The position numbers were made by a program, and so were the translations under genes. From assembly GCA_041749395.1 (NCBI GenBank), contig JBGTBJ010000096.1, positions 111 through 64,110 of the forward strand: a stretch of 64,000 bases of DNA. The letters are read 5' to 3'. Shown in pieces: positions 59,280 to 64,000 of this stretch. The stretch's first letter is position 1, and the number at the start of each line of letters is the position of its first letter. Source of the DNA: Pirellulaceae bacterium. GTDB lineage: Bacteria; Planctomycetota; Planctomycetia; Pirellulales; Pirellulaceae. Below the pieces are notes generated by a model. That model did not search any database and was not told the origin of the DNA. It worked only from the letters and a program-made list of their open reading frames with translations.

Positions 59280-59627
59280 ATGAAGTTGATTATTGCCATC
59301 ATCCAGCCCGACAAATTGGAAGCGGTCAAAGAAGCGCTCAGTGAGGTCGAAGTGGTTCGACTTACCGTGATGGATTGTCAGGGTTTTGGCCGTCAAAAGG
59401 GACAGACGGGCGTGTATCGCGGTCATGAGTTCAGCGTGAACTTGCTGCGCAAAGTCCAACTTCAGATCGCTGTGAATGATGACTTTGTCAAGCCAACGGT
59501 AGATGCGATCCTCAAGGGAGGAAGAACGGGCGACAAAGGGCAAATCGGTGACGGCAAGATCTTCGTCCTCCCGATGGATGATTGCATTCGCATCCGTACC
59601 GGTGAACGGGGAAGTGAAGCGATCTAA
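59280..59627 (+). CDS. glnK: PII family nitrogen regulatory protein (GlnB/GlnK-like)
   Basis: GFGRQKG, YRG, K58 and GDGKIFV...IRIRTGERG. Directly downstream of amt. Confidence 0.93.
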   Translation: MKLIIAIIQPDKLEAVKEALSEVEVVRLTVMDCQGFGRQKGQTGVYRGHEFSVNLLRKVQLQIAVNDDFVKPTVDAILKGGRTGDKGQIGDGKIFVLPMDDCIRIRTGERGSEAI

Positions 59628-59664
59628 GTTGACCTTTGCATGATGCCGACTGCATCGGTGCCGA

Positions 59665-60249
59665 CTAGAGCACGCCCTTTGTACTGGGGATGCCAGTCGT
59701 GCGAGCATCGCTTTCACAGGCCATTCGAATGGCGCGTGCCGTGCCTTTGAAAATTGCTTCAGAGATGTGGTGCGCATTGCGGCCGTAGTGCATCAGCACA
59801 TGTAAATTACACCTCGCGTTGGCTGCAAAAGACTGCCAGAAATGTTCGACGAGTTCTGTATCAAAGGTACCAATCTTTGGCGAACCAAATTCTGCGCGGA
59901 ATTCAAATGCGTATCGACCGCCAAGATCGACTGCGACGGTGACAAGTACTTCATCCATGGGTAAGCAGAAATGACCATAGCGATGAATGCCCGCTCGGTC
60001 GCCAAGTGCCTCGTCAACCGCTTGGCCCATGGTGATTCCAACATCTTCGGTCGTGTGATGGTCGTCGACATGCAAATCGCCCACAGCCTTGATATCAAGA
60101 TCGATGAGCGAGTGTTTCGCAAACAGATCGAGCATATGGTCAAAGAAACCGATGCCTGTTTTCCGCTCCCCTTGGCCTGAGCCGTCAAGGTCTAGGCTAA
60201 GATGAATATCGGTTTCGCCCGTTCTGCGGTGAAGTTTGGCCGTGCGCAT
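59665..60249 (-). CDS. hisB: Imidazoleglycerol-phosphate dehydratase
   Basis: ORF 59665..60348, start ATG 60249. [37 protein letters not shown] and PSTKG. Confidence 0.96.
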   Translation of the reverse strand: MRTAKLHRRTGETDIHLSLDLDGSGQGERKTGIGFFDHMLDLFAKHSLIDLDIKAVGDLHVDDHHTTEDVGITMGQAVDEALGDRAGIHRYGHFCLPMDEVLVTVAVDLGGRYAFEFRAEFGSPKIGTFDTELVEHFWQSFAANARCNLHVLMHYGRNAHHISEAIFKGTARAIRMACESDARTTGIPSTKGVL

Positions 60250-60271
60250 TGATGTAGAAGTCTGAGTCAGG

Positions 60272-61381
60272 TTAGAGCTTGGATGGTAGTAGGTCGAACA
60301 AGGCGGCGATTTCTTCTGGGGTACCAACGCTGATACGTAGGCCATCACCCCAATCGGGAAAATCCATATAACGAACCAGGATGCGGTTGCGTTTCAGTTC
60401 TTCATAGAGTTCGCGATGCGACTGATGCGGATGGGTGCACCAGACAAAATTGGCTTGGGAGGGCGTTACCGTGAATCCTAATTGCGTTAGCTGCGATTCC
60501 ATTTGTTGTCGCGTGTGGCAAATTTTCTGGCAGGTCTCATGCAGCCAAGTTGTCGATTGAATGGCCGCGGTGGCACCGGCAATGGAGAGCGCGTCACAGT
60601 TGTAGCTGTCCTTAATCTTTCCTAATTCGGAGATTAGGTGGGGTTGGGCAACGACAAATCCAAAACGAAGGCCAGCCAGAGAGTAGGCCTTGCTGAGCGT
60701 GCGGGTTACTAGGATTTTGTCGCTTTGTAGAACGAGGTCCAAGCAGTTTGTGTCGGCAAAGTCTGCATACGCCTCGTCGACTACCAGTGGGCAGGGAAGC
60801 GATTCGGCGAGGCGAGCCACTTCGATTGGCGAGAGTACTGTGCCACTGGGGCTGTTGGGATTGGGCAGAAAGGCTAGTCGAAGTCGGTCCTCTCCAGTGG
60901 AAAAAGCGTGCGGCAATTTCCATTGGTCATCGAAGTGAACTTGCTCCCATGTGGCACCCTGAATATCGGCGAGTGTGCGATACAAGATGTAGCTAGGGTA
61001 GGGTAACCTCAAGTGTTGTCCTTCACCGACCATCGCGCGGACCAAGATGGTGAGTATTTCGTCGCTGCCATTGCCAGCTAGAATCCACTCGGGACCAGGA
61101 AGTCCCAGAGTTTGGGCTGCATGTTTGCGGAATTGGCTAGCAGTGGGGTCTGGATATTTTTGCAGTCCCGATCGTGCCGCCCCAACGATCGCATCCGTCA
61201 CTGCTTGAGGTGGTGGATAGGGATTCTCGTTGGTATTGAGCTTGATAAAGGTATCTCCCTGAGGTTGCTCGCCAGGAACATACGGCTTCATGTAAGCCAA
61301 AGTGGGTCGAAACGGGAGCGGCCGAGTTGTCACGATGCGGTGTGTCAATGGTAACGAGCGAAAATCAGGGTGAAAGAACAA
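60272..61381 (-). CDS. hisC: Histidinol-phosphate aminotransferase
   Basis: Likely GTG start near 61333. [34 protein letters not shown] and [15 protein letters not shown]. Confidence 0.95.
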   Translation of the reverse strand: MFFHPDFRSLPLTHRIVTTRPLPFRPTLAYMKPYVPGEQPQGDTFIKLNTNENPYPPPQAVTDAIVGAARSGLQKYPDPTASQFRKHAAQTLGLPGPEWILAGNGSDEILTILVRAMVGEGQHLRLPYPSYILYRTLADIQGATWEQVHFDDQWKLPHAFSTGEDRLRLAFLPNPNSPSGTVLSPIEVARLAESLPCPLVVDEAYADFADTNCLDLVLQSDKILVTRTLSKAYSLAGLRFGFVVAQPHLISELGKIKDSYNCDALSIAGATAAIQSTTWLHETCQKICHTRQQMESQLTQLGFTVTPSQANFVWCTHPHQSHRELYEELKRNRILVRYMDFPDWGDGLRISVGTPEEIAALFDLLPSKL

Positions 61382-61424
61382 ACAGCAATGCTGGACTTAA
61401 TTTTTTAGGTCGGGTAAACGGTTG

Positions 61425-62798
61425 TTAATCGTCCGCCTTGCAGCGCAATTGGACACTGTTGGCATGGGCGGAAAGCCCTTCTTTTTCAGCGAGGGTTAAC
61501 ACGTCGGGGGCAATGGCGGAAAGGGAATGAGCGTCAAACTGAATCAGGCTGCTGCTGCGAAGAAAATGATTGCAGCTCAAACCGGATGCCCAACGTGCGG
61601 TGCTGCCGGTGGGCAGCACATGGCTGGGGCCCGCTGCGTAATCGCCCAGGGCAACCGGCGTGTAATGACCTAAGAAGGTTGCGCCGGCATTGCGAATTTT
61701 CAGTGCCAGCGAATGGGGATCGACCGTCTGAATGTGCAGATGTTCGGGCGCGAATTGATCGGTGATCTCAATAGCTTGAGCGGCATCATTGACCAGGATC
61801 AATGCGCTGAAAGCCTGTAGAGAATCGAGCGTTAGTTCGGCACGTTGAAGTTGGGCCACTTGTCTGACAAGTTGCTCATAGACCGCGTCGATCAACTCCG
61901 GTCGCCAAGTAATCAGGATCGCCGAGCCAGGAGAGTGTTCGGCCTGCGACAACATGTCGGCAGCCACGAAATCGGCGCGGGCCGTTTCGTCGGCGATGAC
62001 GATGACTTCGCTGGGACCAGCGATTGAGTCGATATCGACTTGGCCGTAGACATGCTTTTTTGCCAGTGCAACAAACAAGTTGCCAGGTCCAACGATTTTG
62101 TCGACTGCGGGCAAGCAATCGCAACCATAAGCCATTGCGGCAACTGCATGGGCTCCACCGATTCGATATACCTCTTGTACGCCCAGTTCGTGACACGTGG
62201 CCAGCATGTCTCGGTTATAGGATCCGAATGGCGTTGGCGGCGCGACGACGGCGATCTGTTCGACTCCAGCGACTTGAGCAGGCACGACGGTCATCAACAC
62301 GGTTGACGGATAGGCCGCCGCGCCCCCAGGAACGCAAACTCCGACGCGACGCAGCGGCAGATAGCGTTGGGTCAGGGAGACACCGGGCTGCGGTTGAATA
62401 GTGACGTCACGGTGCCGAATGGCGAGCTGGAAAGTAGCAATATTGTCGCGAATGCGGCGGACGCTTGCCAAAAAGTTTGGCTCGGCTGCTGCATGGGCGG
62501 CTATCAAGTCCGCTTCGGGGACTCGCAGTTGGCTCGCCGTCAAGTCCGCACCATCCAATGATTTTCCATAACGTAACAGTGCGGCTGTTCCTTCCGCTGC
62601 GATATCGTGACAGATTCGATCGACCACCTGGACGGGCGACAGGGGTTCGCCGAAGACTTCCTCCGTCAGTTGGCGGCCGCGGGGACTGACTACGTTTCCT
62701 TGGGGGCTGAGCTTACTTCGCAGCGCATCTAGTAAAGCGAACGCATCACCGGAGCGGGCATCGAGGCGAGTGATTTGGAGGGGGGGTGAGGTGGACAT
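61425..62798 (-). CDS. hisD: Histidinol dehydrogenase
   Basis: ORF 61425..62828, likely start 62798. VPGGAAAYPST, KIVGPGNLFV, IDSIAGPSE, QAEH, APEHL and DYAAGPSHVLPT. Confidence 0.96.
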   Translation of the reverse strand: MSTSPPLQITRLDARSGDAFALLDALRSKLSPQGNVVSPRGRQLTEEVFGEPLSPVQVVDRICHDIAAEGTAALLRYGKSLDGADLTASQLRVPEADLIAAHAAAEPNFLASVRRIRDNIATFQLAIRHRDVTIQPQPGVSLTQRYLPLRRVGVCVPGGAAAYPSTVLMTVVPAQVAGVEQIAVVAPPTPFGSYNRDMLATCHELGVQEVYRIGGAHAVAAMAYGCDCLPAVDKIVGPGNLFVALAKKHVYGQVDIDSIAGPSEVIVIADETARADFVAADMLSQAEHSPGSAILITWRPELIDAVYEQLVRQVAQLQRAELTLDSLQAFSALILVNDAAQAIEITDQFAPEHLHIQTVDPHSLALKIRNAGATFLGHYTPVALGDYAAGPSHVLPTGSTARWASGLSCNHFLRSSSLIQFDAHSLSAIAPDVLTLAEKEGLSAHANSVQLRCKADD

Positions 62799-63037
62799 AA
62801 GAACCGCGGTCGCGCGAGGAGTGGCCAAAGCAATTTCATCATAAGTGATCAGGCATCATAGGTAATGGGCCTGAGTTGGAAACCATCCCCAGCGGCGATG
62901 TTCGGCAAGGCACTCGGCGGGTTACACTAATGAAACACTACTGGGGATTGTTCGCTACCCAGCACAGTACAAAACGGGCGGTAAATTCGTTGACCGTCTC
63001 GGATGTCATCGCAGCATGAAGGAATAGGGGCCCTGGT

Positions 63038-64000
63038 ATGACCACCTGGAATCGCCGCAGGTTCGTTCAAACATCCATGTTGGGGCTGGCGACAGCCGGT
63101 ATGGGATTGTCGTGGGAGGATGTGTGTGCAGAACCTTTGGCTGACGAGGGGCTCGTCTCCTACTTAAAGCGGCTCCGAAGCGATGCGGATGGCGGAGTTG
63201 GCAGTGGTGCGGACAACGGTTTTGATCTGAACCTTTATCGACAGCTCATCGGTCATGCCAACGAGTTTAAAGAAGGAGACGCCAGCCTTGGGGTGGCTGC
63301 ACCGAATCCAGCGGCTCGTCAGCGGGCGCGACAGTTGTTGTCAAATACTTTGATTGCAGACTTGGATGCGCACCCAATCTTTGAAGATCAATTAACCAAC
63401 TTGATTGACGAGTGGATTGATCAGGAGCAACGTGCAATAGCGGCCAGGTTGACTTTGGGCGAATTGAAATTGTTTCTATTAATGGAGACGGAAGATCGTA
63501 TCAAAGAGCTTGCCAAAGGATTGTCTTCGTTTGTTATTGGTTGTGTCGTGAAGCTGATGTCAAACGATGAGCTCGTTGCCGTCGGTGGAAAAGTATTCCA
63601 TCCGATGCCCGGTTCGCGATTGGGAGCCAAGGGATATTTGGGAGCTCGTGTTCAACCCAATTCGCCCACCGATCATGTTGATGATATCCGTTGGCAGGTT
63701 CTGGATGCATGGAGCTACGGAGTTGGCGATATGTTGCTGGGCACGAATCCCGTGTCAAGCGATCCGCAATCGGTAGTATCGATCGAGCAAACGTTGCAGG
63801 ACTTGCTGGTTACTTTCGGTTTAGAGCGAACCCTGCCCCACTGTGTGCTTGCTCATATCGACGTGCAAGCAGAGGCCGAGCGATTGGTGCCTGGATGTAC
63901 GCGTTTGTGGTTTCAGAGCATTGCCGGATGCGATAGCGCAAATAAGACATTTGATATCAGCATCGAGAAGATGATCGCGCATGCGGAACGACGCGATGGC
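63038..64000 (+). CDS. eutB: Ethanolamine ammonia-lyase large-subunit (EutB)-like protein with a twin-arginine signal peptide, runs off the window
   Basis: Not in the ORF track because it has no stop codon in the window. Manual translation from ATG 63038 stays open for 321 codons: MTTWNRRRFVQTSMLGLATAG...ANEFKEGD..LGVAA...VKLMSNDEL...RVQPNSPTD...YGVGD.LLGTNPVS...CVLAHIDVQ...WFQSIAG. Confidence 0.85.
   Translation, partial: MTTWNRRRFVQTSMLGLATAGMGLSWEDVCAEPLADEGLVSYLKRLRSDADGGVGSGADNGFDLNLYRQLIGHANEFKEGDASLGVAAPNPAARQRARQLLSNTLIADLDAHPIFEDQLTNLIDEWIDQEQRAIAARLTLGELKLFLLMETEDRIKELAKGLSSFVIGCVVKLMSNDELVAVGGKVFHPMPGSRLGAKGYLGARVQPNSPTDHVDDIRWQVLDAWSYGVGDMLLGTNPVSSDPQSVVSIEQTLQDLLVTFGLERTLPHCVLAHIDVQAEAERLVPGCTRLWFQSIAGCDSANKTFDISIEKMIAHAERRDG

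Noticed and set aside
62829-63037. Possible cobalamin riboswitch upstream of the EutB-like gene
   Set aside because: No recognisable B12-box or conserved GGGAA core by eye. An Rfam/Infernal scan would be decisive.

Overview
The window joins two unrelated genomic pieces at about position 3332. Bases 1-3331 look like Bacteroidota DNA: the 3' end of a DNA-3-methyladenine glycosylase gene, a secreted hypothetical protein and a truncated DUF2723/TMEM260-like glycosyltransferase. Bases ~3332-64000 look like a planctomycete (Pirellulaceae-like) chromosome segment. That part carries DUF1501, a PVC-type heme-binding protein, DUF1573, clpX, gltX, glnS, a complete chemosensory cluster (cheA-cheW-MCP-cheB-cheR with divergent cheY-cheX), thpR, an HNH nuclease, miaE, ftsY, a porin-amt-PII nitrogen locus and hisDCB. 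It ends in a 5'-complete, 3'-truncated EutB-like gene that the ORF track missed. I found no tRNA, rRNA, CRISPR array or transposase. The best candidates for undescribed biology are: (1) a four-gene operon of Pro/Cys-rich exported proteins (three lipoproteins, one paralogous domain pair, one DUF11) facing a LolA-like gene; (2) an ethanolamine ammonia-lyase large-subunit homologue with a twin-arginine signal peptide; (3) a lipoprotein fusing a UshA-like PCGC domain to a tetraheme cytochrome c; (4) a REP-like palindromic repeat family seen as single, inverted-pair and collapsed copies; (5) a PII protein with Tyr51 replaced by Phe. All family calls come from motif recognition by eye, not from database searches.
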